Of a stretch of DNA of 64,000 nt, positions 9,287 to 19,275 are shown piece after piece. The DNA is taken from contig JBJMLZ010000248.1 of NCBI GenBank assembly GCA_045805035.1, positions 1,333 through 65,332 of the forward strand. The letters run 5' to 3'. The notes below the pieces were generated by a model. It was given only the letters and a program-made list of their open reading frames with translations, made no database searches and was not told the origin of the DNA. Within the stretch, counting starts at the first letter, position 1. The number at the start of each line of letters is the position of its first letter. Made by a program: the position numbers and the translations under genes. This DNA comes from Bacteriovoracaceae bacterium. Lineage in GTDB: Bacteria; Bdellovibrionota; Bacteriovoracia; Bacteriovoracales; Bacteriovoracaceae.

Positions 9287-9393
9287 TTCATTCTACTCCT
9301 CCCTCACAAATCCGGTAGTTATCAAAAGATTCCCTCTCTTCTGACAGCTAAAAAGAGGTGACGTTTTTGGTCGGACTTTGATACCTTTTTTAC

Positions 9394-12054
9394 ATGCAAA
9401 ATCAAACACTTCCTGAATCGGTGACACTCACCGATCTCGTCTCTCAAGGCGTGAAACTGACTCCCATGATGGAGCAGTATTACGAGGTCAAAAAAAATTA
9501 TCCTGAGACTCTCCTCATGTTCCGTATGGGAGATTTTTACGAAATGTTTTTTGAAGACGCCCGCGAAGCCGCGCGCTTGTTAAACATCTCCCTCACCGTT
9601 CGCGGAAAACTCGGTGATCATCCGATTCCGATGGCAGGCATTCCTCATCATGCCGCCGCGGTGTATGTTGATCGCATTTCTAATCTCGGAAAAAAAGTTG
9701 TGATCTGCGAGCAGCTGGAAGATCCGAAAGAAGCAAAAGGAATTGTAAAACGCGGAGTCACTCAGATTGTTTCTCCAGGAATTCCTTACGATCTTGATAA
9801 GGGCACGACTGCCGAAAATAAATTCATCGCTTCGGGTCTCGTGAAAGATGGCATTTTCACTCTCGTTCTTCTTGATTTCACCACTGGTGATTTCTTTGGA
9901 GTGACATTCAAGTCAGTGGAAGAATTCTGCGAAAAACTTCTGATGATCCGTCCGAAAGAATTCATCGCTCACCTCGGACAGTGGGAAAAATATCCGCTGA
10001 TTGATGAGTATCTTCACAACATGGATGTGCTGAAGACCCATTTGTCTCAGGAGTACTTTGAAGAAAAGCATTCCGGTTTCTATATTCAGAAACTCATTCC
10101 GACCTATCAGCGTGACGGAATCATTCTCGGGCATCCGGATGTTCTCTCACCTCTCGGCGCGCTTTCTTACTACGTTTCCTCAACCCAGACTCTCGAGCGC
10201 ATCAGCCACCTTCGTCCGTTCCGCCTCATCAATAATGAAGAGACGATGAAAGTAACTTATGCGACTCTGGCGGGCCTTGAGATTTTCCCGCGCACGCGGG
10301 AAACTGCGATGAATTCCGTTCTCGGATTCATGGATAAAACTAAAACGTCGATGGGCTCGCGCTATTTGCGCCAGTTCTTCCAGACTCCATCGTGTGACCT
10401 CGCGACCATCGAGAAACGTCTCGATCTCGTGGAGAAACTGACGAAGACTCAGGATGCGATGAAGACTCTTCGCCGCGAACTCGAAGACGTTCGTGACATC
10501 GACCGTATAATGGCCAAGATTTCGACGAGAAAAGCAGTTGCGGGAGATATTCTGAATCTTGCCGGAGCTCTTGAAATTTTTGATCGTGTAGAAGACCTGA
10601 TGAAGGCCAATGACCTCTCGTTCTTCTCGAAGCTTCCGAAAAAAGACACCGATTACCTTCAGTCTCTTTCAGCTGAAATCAGAAAAACCATCAATGATGA
10701 GATGGGTGCGCACTTTGAGAAGGGCAATCTCATTAAGCCGGGCGCTTCAAAAGAACGCGATCGCCTCGCCAAACTCTCTAACTCTGCTGCCGATGAAATC
10801 CTGAAGCTTGAGACAAAGTACAGAACTCAAACTGGCATCGGAAATCTGAAGATCAAGCACAACAACATTTCCGGATACTTCATTGAAGTCTCTAATTCTC
10901 ATCTCTCAAAAGTTCCCAAGTCTTTTCAGCGTCGACAGACTCTCGTGAATAACGAGCGCTACATCACCGACGAGCTCGAAGCGTTCGAGAAAGAGGTGAC
11001 GACCGCAATGGACAAGCTCATGAAGCTTGAAAAAGAAATCTTCGAGGGGATTTGCCGGAGCATCGCCGATCACGCTTATCTTCTTCTTGATGTGGCCAAG
11101 CGCTTTGCCCAGATCGATGTCTTTCAGGCCCTTGCGTGGACTGCACTCCAGGAAAATTTTGTTCGTCCTTCATTTGATGGCAACAAAACAAAAGTGGCAG
11201 TAAAAGGTGCGTGGCACCCACTGATCAAAGCAAACATCCGTGACAGCTTTGTCACGCACTCGGTGACTCTCGACGAGAATTCTCACTTCGGTCTCATCAC
11301 CGGCCCGAACATGGCGGGGAAAACCACGGTCATGAGAGAAGTGGCGATCATCCAGTATCTTGCTCAACTTGGTTCCTTTGTTCCTGCGCAAACCGCAGAC
11401 CTTGGTATCTGCGATTATCTCTTCTCTCGTCTGGGTGCCTCTGATGACATCATCAAGGGCCAGTCGACATTCATGGTGGAGATGGCAGAGACCGCGGAAA
11501 TTCTCCGTCACGCTTCTGATCGCTCACTCATCATTCTCGATGAGATCGGTCGCGGCACATCCACGTACGATGGTCTCTCGATCGCGTGGGCGCTCGTTGA
11601 ACATTTCGTAGAAAAAAAATCTCTCACCCTCTTTGCCACTCACTATCACGAGTTGATTGAACTGGTAGAGAGCCTTTCCGGAGCGAAGAACTTTACTGTG
11701 CGTACGGAACAGAAAAATGGCAAAGTTCAGTTCATGTACGAGCTCATTGAACAAGGCGCCACCCAGAGTTTTGGTATTCACGTGGCAGAACTTGCGGGCC
11801 TTCCGAAAGACGTTCTCAGACGCTCGCGCGAGATTCTGAAGGGCCTTGAGAAATCACAGGGCAATGTAGGTAAGGATCTGGTCCAGAATGGACAGATACC
11901 GGACCAATTGACTTTCTTCGAGTCAGCACAAGCTGTACCGTCACATTTGGCGGACTTAGAGCAGGACCTGATTGGTCTCGATGTTCTCAATCTGACTCCG
12001 CTTCAGGCACTCCAGAAGCTTCATGAATTGAAAACCCGACTGCTTCCCGTTTAA
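9394..12054 (+). CDS. mutS: DNA mismatch repair protein MutS
   Basis: TPMMEQY, FRMGDFYEMF, TGPNMAGKTT, STFMVEM, DEIGRGTSTYDG, FATHYHEL. Confidence 0.98.
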   Translation: MQNQTLPESVTLTDLVSQGVKLTPMMEQYYEVKKNYPETLLMFRMGDFYEMFFEDAREAARLLNISLTVRGKLGDHPIPMAGIPHHAAAVYVDRISNLGKKVVICEQLEDPKEAKGIVKRGVTQIVSPGIPYDLDKGTTAENKFIASGLVKDGIFTLVLLDFTTGDFFGVTFKSVEEFCEKLLMIRPKEFIAHLGQWEKYPLIDEYLHNMDVLKTHLSQEYFEEKHSGFYIQKLIPTYQRDGIILGHPDVLSPLGALSYYVSSTQTLERISHLRPFRLINNEETMKVTYATLAGLEIFPRTRETAMNSVLGFMDKTKTSMGSRYLRQFFQTPSCDLATIEKRLDLVEKLTKTQDAMKTLRRELEDVRDIDRIMAKISTRKAVAGDILNLAGALEIFDRVEDLMKANDLSFFSKLPKKDTDYLQSLSAEIRKTINDEMGAHFEKGNLIKPGASKERDRLAKLSNSAADEILKLETKYRTQTGIGNLKIKHNNISGYFIEVSNSHLSKVPKSFQRRQTLVNNERYITDELEAFEKEVTTAMDKLMKLEKEIFEGICRSIADHAYLLLDVAKRFAQIDVFQALAWTALQENFVRPSFDGNKTKVAVKGAWHPLIKANIRDSFVTHSVTLDENSHFGLITGPNMAGKTTVMREVAIIQYLAQLGSFVPAQTADLGICDYLFSRLGASDDIIKGQSTFMVEMAETAEILRHASDRSLIILDEIGRGTSTYDGLSIAWALVEHFVEKKSLTLFATHYHELIELVESLSGAKNFTVRTEQKNGKVQFMYELIEQGATQSFGIHVAELAGLPKDVLRRSREILKGLEKSQGNVGKDLVQNGQIPDQLTFFESAQAVPSHLADLEQDLIGLDVLNLTPLQALQKLHELKTRLLPV

Positions 12055-12100
12055 GCTCATTTTCAGGGGCCATTTTACCGACAAGATTGTCGAGGTAAAC

Positions 12101-12682
12101 ATGGCCCCTTTTCATCTCTTAGATCTAGCCGACAAAGAAATCAAAATCCCTAAGCGCGATCTTTCGCCGGTCACGAAAAAAAATTACACTGGTAAATTTC
12201 TCGCCGCTCATTTCATCGACTTCTGGGCACTCTTTTGGGTGAGTCTCATGTCGACGAATATTTTCGAAGTCTCCGCTAAATCATTCATGAAAGGCAGTCT
12301 TCTCACGAAGACCTGGGGCCACACGAGCTTCACTCAGTTTCACATGGTTTCATGGACCATGCTGGCGTTTGGTTATTTCTTCACCAGTTACTTCATGAAT
12401 AATGGCCAGACCTTCGGCATGAAGATCACGAAAGTCCGCGTGAGCATGGAAAATCACAGCTTCCGGAGTGCTTTTCGCTGGGCGGTTATGTCGCTTTCTC
12501 TTTATTTTACTTTCGGGCTCTCACTCAAACCAGCACAGCAGATGCTTCGTCAGCATGGCGAAATCTGCGCTCATGATCATCTCTGGCAGGAGTTAATGAG
12601 ACAGAAGGAAATGGCAGCACCGGATGTACGTACAATCACTCCGGAACCGGTGGAAGAAGAAATTCTTGTCGAAGCGGCCTAA
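12101..12682 (+). CDS. RDD family membrane protein
   Basis: KFLAAHFID, then TM helices and GQTFGMKITKVRV. Confidence 0.75.
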   Translation: MAPFHLLDLADKEIKIPKRDLSPVTKKNYTGKFLAAHFIDFWALFWVSLMSTNIFEVSAKSFMKGSLLTKTWGHTSFTQFHMVSWTMLAFGYFFTSYFMNNGQTFGMKITKVRVSMENHSFRSAFRWAVMSLSLYFTFGLSLKPAQQMLRQHGEICAHDHLWQELMRQKEMAAPDVRTITPEPVEEEILVEAA

Positions 12683-13986
12683 TCTATTTTGGGTTTGATA
12701 CCGTCGAAGATCTTTTTGAAATTTCCGCTTTTATAGCGCTCTTCGCCCCAGGTAAGAAAGTCTTTCAGGCTTGTTTCGAGCGATTCACCATCATCGAGGA
12801 ACTGCACGAGGTCCTCACCGATAATAAAAATAGCTGCGAGGAAATGAATGCGATTGGCACTCAAGCCGCGCGGAAATCCGCTTCCGTCCGGTTGTTCGTG
12901 GTGCTGAAGAATGATCTGATCGACATCCGGAGGAAGGACATCAATGGTCTGTGCAGTCTGCGAAGAATGTAGCGGGTGCAGACGATAGCGGACAACTTCC
13001 GGCGACCGTTCGTCAAAATTTCTGGCCTGCTTGTTCCATTCTTCGATCGCAGGGTAAAGATGTTCATCAATGGAAAGGTCATGCATGAGTGCGGCCATGA
13101 CAAGTTTTTCCTGGGCCTCATCCATCTTCATCTCAGCACACATGATACAAGTAAGATAACAAAGAAGACCCACGTGATTGGAATAAGCACTTCCCTTTGC
13201 CATGAACTTTTTCTTGAGAAGGGTTGAGATGCGATCGTCTCTGTTAAGAGAAGTGATGGCATCCTTCACGATTTTCTGGGAAGCCTTCACCGCTTCTGGT
13301 GACCAGTCAAACGCGCGAGAAATTCTTTCGACCTGCTCAAAGCATTCCATCGGAAGAAGCGGATCAAGGACCGCATTCTTTCTCGATAATCTGAGAAAGA
13401 GACCTTCTTCCCAGATCCGCAGGAGTTCGCGGCTTTCCGAGGCCTTGATATAGACTTCAGAAATTCCCTTGGAGTTTAGTTTTTCCGCTTCTGACTCTGA
13501 AAACTGAACACCCTTATGGGTGATCTTCACGTAATTCGTTCCGGAGAGCTTGAGATAGATATCAAATTTTCCCGAGGCCACTTCGCACGCTACTTTCAAT
13601 TTGATCGGAACATGCGTAGGACTTTCGGGAGGTGCTTGCGTGAAAGATTTCACGAGGTGTGAAAGTTCTTCCGGACAAACAGGTTTGGTGAGAATCGAAG
13701 TCACAAGCGACAGGTCATTAGATCTCAGGTTGCGATCACTGGATTCTGTCGTCGCAATCAACGGAAGATAGGGGCCATTGTCTCTCAGATGCTGATGAAG
13801 TCCGTCCTTTAAGACATGAATGTCCGAGATGATGAGCTCGGGTTTTCCGAGCATGCCGAGGGCCTTGATCGCTTCTTCACGTGAATGAGCAGCAACGATC
13901 TCTCCGCCGTAGAAATATTTCAGCGCGGCCTCTTGGATTTCAAGTATGTCTTCTTCCCGGTCTACCAGGAGGAGGTACTTTTGCAT
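12679..13986 (-). CDS. REC + HD-GYP-type metal-dependent phosphodiesterase-like protein
   Basis: N-terminal receiver (LLLVD, LIISD, TKP), LMHDL, HHEQPDGSGFPRGL; start moved to ATG 13986. Confidence 0.8.
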   Translation of the reverse strand: MQKYLLLVDREEDILEIQEAALKYFYGGEIVAAHSREEAIKALGMLGKPELIISDIHVLKDGLHQHLRDNGPYLPLIATTESSDRNLRSNDLSLVTSILTKPVCPEELSHLVKSFTQAPPESPTHVPIKLKVACEVASGKFDIYLKLSGTNYVKITHKGVQFSESEAEKLNSKGISEVYIKASESRELLRIWEEGLFLRLSRKNAVLDPLLPMECFEQVERISRAFDWSPEAVKASQKIVKDAITSLNRDDRISTLLKKKFMAKGSAYSNHVGLLCYLTCIMCAEMKMDEAQEKLVMAALMHDLSIDEHLYPAIEEWNKQARNFDERSPEVVRYRLHPLHSSQTAQTIDVLPPDVDQIILQHHEQPDGSGFPRGLSANRIHFLAAIFIIGEDLVQFLDDGESLETSLKDFLTWGEERYKSGNFKKIFDGIKPKID

Positions 13987-14132
13987 CTTGCTCTCTTTGG
14001 ATGTCCCTATTTTATCATCCAAAAAACACGCGATTATAGGAACACCGTCCAACTCGCCGGAAGGGTGATCCTATTACACAAAAATTAATTATTATTGAGG
14101 AATTTAACCTAACCGAAGTGTTGAAAACACGT

Positions 14133-14162
14133 GAGTAGTGGCGCGTTTTCTTGCCACTACTC
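14133..14162. terminator. 10-bp perfect hairpin at the aspS 3' end
   Basis: GAGTAGTGGC-N10-GCCACTACTC overlapping the aspS stop; no clean U-tract. Confidence 0.45.
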
Positions 14163-15959
14163 TTCTTTCAACCATTGAAACCCCAGCTCTTTGGTCTGTG
14201 CCGGATTTGGTCTCGACGGAGAGCTCGCCATGAGATCAGTTGCCGAAGCAGTTTTCGGAAATGCGATCACATCACGAATTGAATCCGTTTTCGCAAGCTG
14301 CATGATGATTCTATCCATCCCGAATGCCATGCCTGCGTGAGGAGGAGTTCCAAATTTCAAGGCCTCGATGAAGAATCCAAACTGATGTTGGGCATCCTCA
14401 GGAGTGAATCCGAGAAGCTCGAACATTCTTGATTGTTGCTTGTTATCGAAAATTCTCATCGAACCGCCGCCGATTTCGTAACCATTACAAACGATGTCGT
14501 AAGCGTATGCCTTCACGTCTTTGATCTTCGATTTATCGTTTGAAAAATAGAGCTCGACGTCTTCGTCCTTCGGACGTGTGAACGGATGGTGTTTGGCGTG
14601 AAGTGTATTGGCCTCGGCATCATAATCAAACAGCGGGAAATCGTAGACCCAAAGGAAGGCGTACTGATCGTGATTAATCAAATTGAAGGTCTTTCCGAAA
14701 TGGCGCCGAAGAGCATCTGCGCAGTCATGAGCAATGTTTTCGTTTTTATCCGCAGTGAAGAAGAACCAACCATCCCCTTTCGGGTTACCCTGTTGAACAG
14801 CTCTTTCAGTAAGTGCGTTCAGAAGATTTGCATCAACGAATTTTGAAATACCACCAGTCACTGCACCATTCTCAACCTTGAACCAGGCGACACCTTTTCC
14901 ACCGTAAGGCTTCACGATATCAACCAGACCATCAATGTCTTTTCTCGCGAGTGTTCCCATCGTAGCTGGAACGAACATCCCTTTCACGAGACCATACTTA
15001 GCAGCGGCCACATCAGCAAATGTTGTAAAGGTAGAACTCTTGAAGAGATCAGTGACATTGAATTGCTTCAGACCAAAACGTACGTCTGGTTTATCAGATC
15101 CATAATCTCTCATGACTTCATCATAAGAAATGGACTTCATCTCAAAGTCCGCCGGCATATCAAACACACCCTTCACTACGTGAGTCGCCAGATTCTTCAT
15201 GTACTCAAGAGTCGGAAACGAAACTTCGATATCGATTTGAGTAAATTCAGGCTGACGATCAGCGCGAAGATCTTCATCGCGGAAACAGCGACAGATCTGG
15301 AAATACTTATCGGTGTTGGCGATCATGAGGAGCTGTTTCAGAGTCTGTGGAGATTGCGGAAGTGCATACACTTTTCCCGGATGAACGCGCGATGGAACGA
15401 TGTAATCGCGGGCACCTTCAGGAGTTGTCTTGTAAAGAATCGGAGTTTCCACTTCGATGAAGTCGAGTGAGTAGAGAGCTTCACGAACTTTTCTCACCGA
15501 CTTCGAACGAAGCGTGAGAATGTCCTGAAGTTTTTTTGAACGAAGATCGAGGTAGCGGTAACGAAGACGAAGGTCTTCTGTGGCCGGTACCATACCGTGC
15601 GGGAGAAAAGGAACTTCTTCTGCCATCGAAAGCAAGCGGATGTTTTCCACCTGGATCTCAACCATCCCCGTAGTCATGTTCGGATTCTTTGCGGAGTCAG
15701 GTCGCGCAGCCACTTTTCCTGTCGCCATGAGAACGGACTCGAGAGAATATTTTTTGAGTTCGTTCACGTCACCTTTGTAAGATTCAAAGCCCAATTGGGT
15801 GACGCCATACTTATCGCGAAGATCAATGAAATGAAGAGAACCGAGATTCCGATATTTATTAAGCCAGCCGCAGATGGTGACAGTTTTACCAATGTCAGAT
15901 TCGCGAAGCTCCCCGCAATGGTGAGTTCTCAAAGATCCTGCGAGTTCTTTTCTAGACAT
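14157..15959 (-). CDS. aspS: Aspartyl-tRNA synthetase
   Basis: LRTHHCGEL, FIDLRD, LPQSPQ, FRDEDLRADRQPEFTQIDIE, PPHAGMAFGMDR; start at ATG 15959 with AAGGGG SD. Confidence 0.98.
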   Translation of the reverse strand: MSRKELAGSLRTHHCGELRESDIGKTVTICGWLNKYRNLGSLHFIDLRDKYGVTQLGFESYKGDVNELKKYSLESVLMATGKVAARPDSAKNPNMTTGMVEIQVENIRLLSMAEEVPFLPHGMVPATEDLRLRYRYLDLRSKKLQDILTLRSKSVRKVREALYSLDFIEVETPILYKTTPEGARDYIVPSRVHPGKVYALPQSPQTLKQLLMIANTDKYFQICRCFRDEDLRADRQPEFTQIDIEVSFPTLEYMKNLATHVVKGVFDMPADFEMKSISYDEVMRDYGSDKPDVRFGLKQFNVTDLFKSSTFTTFADVAAAKYGLVKGMFVPATMGTLARKDIDGLVDIVKPYGGKGVAWFKVENGAVTGGISKFVDANLLNALTERAVQQGNPKGDGWFFFTADKNENIAHDCADALRRHFGKTFNLINHDQYAFLWVYDFPLFDYDAEANTLHAKHHPFTRPKDEDVELYFSNDKSKIKDVKAYAYDIVCNGYEIGGGSMRIFDNKQQSRMFELLGFTPEDAQHQFGFFIEALKFGTPPHAGMAFGMDRIIMQLAKTDSIRDVIAFPKTASATDLMASSPSRPNPAQTKELGFQWLKEE

Positions 15960-16023
15960 AACGAGAGGCCCCTTAATATGGTAGGAAGTGCCCCAAATCA
16001 TACCCGAAACAGGCATAAACTTC

Positions 16024-16530
16024 ATGACAAAATTTCTTACCCTCTGCCTTCTCTTTATCCTCTTCTCTTGCCAGAGTGAGTCACGAAAAAACTCAAAGGA
16101 AGTTGACCTTATTACACCGAAAGGAAAAGCAGTCCGCACGCGTCTCTCGGTGACAATGAAAGAACAAGAGCAAGGTCTTTCTGGAATTCAGGCGGGTGAC
16201 TTTGATGATGATCAGGGGATGCTTTTTTATTATCTCGAAGACGGCGACAAATATTTCTGGATGCCGGATACGTATTTTGATCTTGATCTTTTTTATCTCG
16301 ATAAAGATTTGCGCGTGAAGGACATCGTGAGAAAGCTCCCGCATCACATCGGCCGCCACAATGAAGACCTGATTCCCCGAGCACGTGGAGTCTGGTGTCG
16401 TCATGTCCTTGAGATGAAAACTTCATCGCCGATTGCCGCAGAAATTCAGATCGGTGACCAGCTCACCTGGAAAGGGGTCGTTCCGCTTTCCGAAATGGAC
16501 GTGAAAGCGAGAGAATTGCTGAAGCAATAA
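16024..16530 (+). CDS. DUF192 family lipoprotein
   Basis: Lipobox LFSC, EQEQGL, GMLF, FWMPDTYFDLD, VLEM. Confidence 0.85.
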   Translation: MTKFLTLCLLFILFSCQSESRKNSKEVDLITPKGKAVRTRLSVTMKEQEQGLSGIQAGDFDDDQGMLFYYLEDGDKYFWMPDTYFDLDLFYLDKDLRVKDIVRKLPHHIGRHNEDLIPRARGVWCRHVLEMKTSSPIAAEIQIGDQLTWKGVVPLSEMDVKARELLKQ

Positions 16531-16533
16531 AAT

Positions 16534-17190
16534 TTAAAGACTGGTATTCGGTTTCGTCGTGGTGACGTCCGGTGTTTCACCGGCAAAGAGAATCAGAAAT
16601 TCATCAGCGGCAATCACACCCAGATGTTCTTTCGCAAGTTGCCTCTGGTAATTTCGGTCTGACTGGATTTTTACTATTTCTGTGCGAAGACTCTTGTTCT
16701 CATCCTGGATCGACTTCAGCTCTCTGTGCTTTTCCCGAATAGAACCTTCAGTCGTAAAGTAATCCCATACTCCGCGATCCATACAAATCAGACGAAGAAT
16801 GAGAAGCGCGATAGCTGACCAGCCGATCTTAGCGAGAATATTTTTCCGGACTTTTGTTTTTTTCTGAGCGCGCGGTGAAACACGCGCGGGGCGAGTTTCT
16901 GTTTCTTCTTCCTCTTCTTCTCCCTCAAGATAGCCAATGTCTGCATCTGCGAGTTCAGAAGAGCGATGTTGAATCAGGTCTGTTTCATCGGGATGAGCGT
17001 GCGCACGTCTTCTTGACGTGGTTTCAAAGACAGCGGGCGGAGTCGACGTTTCCGCCGCGAAAGGGCGGTTGAAAACGTTTTTCTTCGTCCGAAGCTTACT
17101 GCCTGAAGCAGTTTTATGTGAAGAAGGAGCGAAGGGTGATTCAACCTCTTCGTACTCCTCATGAGCATCGCGATTCATTCTTAGTTCCAC
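16534..17190 (-). CDS. ftsB: FtsB/DivIC-like septum initiator with long acidic N-terminal extension
   Basis: TM helix followed by G..DY and a coiled coil, ending AKEHLGVIAADEFLI (FtsB ARxxLG..E motif). Confidence 0.7.
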   Translation of the reverse strand: MELRMNRDAHEEYEEVESPFAPSSHKTASGSKLRTKKNVFNRPFAAETSTPPAVFETTSRRRAHAHPDETDLIQHRSSELADADIGYLEGEEEEEETETRPARVSPRAQKKTKVRKNILAKIGWSAIALLILRLICMDRGVWDYFTTEGSIREKHRELKSIQDENKSLRTEIVKIQSDRNYQRQLAKEHLGVIAADEFLILFAGETPDVTTTKPNTSL

Positions 17191-17286
17191 GTAAACACAT
17201 CCTGTGTTTTTAACTTTGCGTGATACTTACCAAGTTAACATGGTCGGCTAATATCCCGCAACGTGGAACTAGGAAGAAGTTATTGC

Positions 17287-18993
17287 CTAGTAACGTGAAC
17301 GTCCACCGTAAGAAGGTTTGCCCCGATGGCCGCCCCCACGACTTCCGCCAAAATTTCCACCGCCACGACTAGCACCATTGGCGTAACCAGCTTGTGATGG
17401 ACTTGCGAGTTCGATCGCCACACGACGACTGCCCCACATTTCTCCTTTCATCGCAAGAACTGCATCAGTAAATTCCGATGAAACTTCGATGAAGGCGAAT
17501 TTTTCTTTTGTATCAATGCGACCGATATTTCTCCCGGTGACTCCGGTAGCGCTCGCAACAAACTTCAGAAGCTCACCTGGATTTGCACCATCCATTGTTC
17601 CGAGGTTGATGAAGAATTTCTGCATTCCCTGAGAAACACGAACGCCTCTTGGGTCATTCTGGTTTCTTGGAGTGACATCAATTTCCTGCGCTTTCTGGTA
17701 ACGCTTGAGAGTGTTCTCAAACATAAATCCGTAGATGCCTTTCAGGAGATCGTCTTTTGAGAGAGATTCAAATTTCTCTTTGAATGAATCAAAGTGAAGC
17801 GCCTGCTGATCAGAGAATGAAGCTACGTTTTCGTTGAAACGGACAACCGACTTCTCAATGATCTTCTCGCGAATCTCTTCCACCTTCGGGAGATAAACTC
17901 TTTCGATTTTTGCTTTCGTCAGGCGCTCAATCTGTCCAACACGACCCTGCTCAGAAGGCTCGATGATGGAAAGTGAAATACCTTTTGAACCGCCACGACC
18001 AGTACGGCCGATACGGTGAACGTAAGCTTCATTGTCTTGCGGAAGACCGAAGTTAATCACGTGAGTGAGGTTGTTAACATCAATTCCGCGAGCGGCAACG
18101 TCAGTACAAACGAGAAGGTTAATCTTCTTCTCTTTGAACTTCTTCATCGTCATATCACGTGATGCCTGGTCCATGTCTCCATGAAGGGCGTCAGTAGGAT
18201 ATCCGCGGGCATTAAGCTCATCAGTGAGCTCTTTGGCGCCGATTTTTGTACGGGTAAAGATGATCGCGTACATACTGTCATTGAAATCCATATAGCGGCA
18301 AAGTGCTTCGATTCCGTTTTCACGGCGAACAACAACTGCCATCTGCTCAACTGAATCAGCAGTGAGGACTTTCTTAGTTACACGAACTGTAACAGGGTTT
18401 GAGAATTCCTTGTTAACGAGAGCTGTAATCGGACCCGGCATAGTGGCCGAGAACATCCAGATTCTCTTTTCAGGAACTTTCGCAATGATGGCAGTAACGT
18501 CATCAAAGAAGCCCATATCGAGCATTTCATCGGCCTCATCGAGGATGACAAATTTACAGTTATCAAATTTAAGAACTCCGCGCTCGATAAGATCCATCAC
18601 GCGACCAGGAGTACCAGCAACGATCTGTGGTTTTTTCGATTTGAAGTCTTTGATCTGAAGTCCGACAGATGTACCGCCGTAAACAGACATAGAACGGATT
18701 GGTTCAAATGCTGAGAGCTTCTGAATTTCTTCATTGATCTGATTAGCAAGCTCGCGAGTTGGAGCAAGTACAATTGCCTGAAGAGTTGGAGATTTAAAAT
18801 CCAGCTTTTCAAGAAGTGGAAGAACAAACGCGGCAGTTTTTCCTGAACCGGTTTGTGCCTGGCCGATGAAATCAACATCGCCGCCCAGAAGAACAGGGAT
18901 CGCCTGAACCTGGATTTCAGAAGGAGTATCAAACCCCATCTTTTCAATTGCTTTAAGAGAGGACTCCTTGAGTCCAAGGGTAGTAAAAGACAT
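17287..18993 (-). CDS. deaD: DEAD-box RNA helicase DeaD/CsdA with DbpA-type RBD
   Basis: AQTGSGKT, PTRELA, TPGR, DEAD, SAT, ARGID, HRIGRTGR; RG-rich tail. Confidence 0.93.
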   Translation of the reverse strand: MSFTTLGLKESSLKAIEKMGFDTPSEIQVQAIPVLLGGDVDFIGQAQTGSGKTAAFVLPLLEKLDFKSPTLQAIVLAPTRELANQINEEIQKLSAFEPIRSMSVYGGTSVGLQIKDFKSKKPQIVAGTPGRVMDLIERGVLKFDNCKFVILDEADEMLDMGFFDDVTAIIAKVPEKRIWMFSATMPGPITALVNKEFSNPVTVRVTKKVLTADSVEQMAVVVRRENGIEALCRYMDFNDSMYAIIFTRTKIGAKELTDELNARGYPTDALHGDMDQASRDMTMKKFKEKKINLLVCTDVAARGIDVNNLTHVINFGLPQDNEAYVHRIGRTGRGGSKGISLSIIEPSEQGRVGQIERLTKAKIERVYLPKVEEIREKIIEKSVVRFNENVASFSDQQALHFDSFKEKFESLSKDDLLKGIYGFMFENTLKRYQKAQEIDVTPRNQNDPRGVRVSQGMQKFFINLGTMDGANPGELLKFVASATGVTGRNIGRIDTKEKFAFIEVSSEFTDAVLAMKGEMWGSRRVAIELASPSQAGYANGASRGGGNFGGSRGGGHRGKPSYGGRSRY

Positions 18994-18996
18994 GCG

Positions 18997-19150
18997 TTCT
19001 CCTTTGGAGAATAATAAATGTTATGCGCTTTTTGAATGTGATGAGGCCGGTCTATGGTCTCGAAAACAACCTACAGAACCACTTAGACCTATAGACAAAA
19101 CAGACTAGATCCGGGTGGGAGTGGGCTACAAAATAAACGTCTGGGGTGTG
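18997..19150 (-). promoter_or_regulatory. Structured ~150-nt leader of deaD
   Basis: GTCTATAGGTCT...AGACCATAGAC stem (19050-19096) and SD held in a TTCTCC-AAA-GGAGAA hairpin (18997-19011). Confidence 0.5.
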
Positions 19151-19275
19151 AGTATCATAAATCTTAAGGAATAGTCAAACTGCGTCAACAGTGTGAGCTT
19201 TTTGGTCGGATAAATGTAAAGGTTTCAACACATTAAATCCCTTGAACGGTACTCGGTCTCCCATACAATGAAAGT

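Noticed and set aside
15960-16139. 60-aa N-terminal extension of AspS
   Set aside because: Overlaps the divergent DUF192 gene; homology and an SD start at ATG 15959.
9364-19210. Identical 12-mer TTTTTGGTCGGA in two divergent promoter regions (9364 and 19199)
   Set aside because: Only two copies at different distances from starts; a 12-mer match is plausible by chance.
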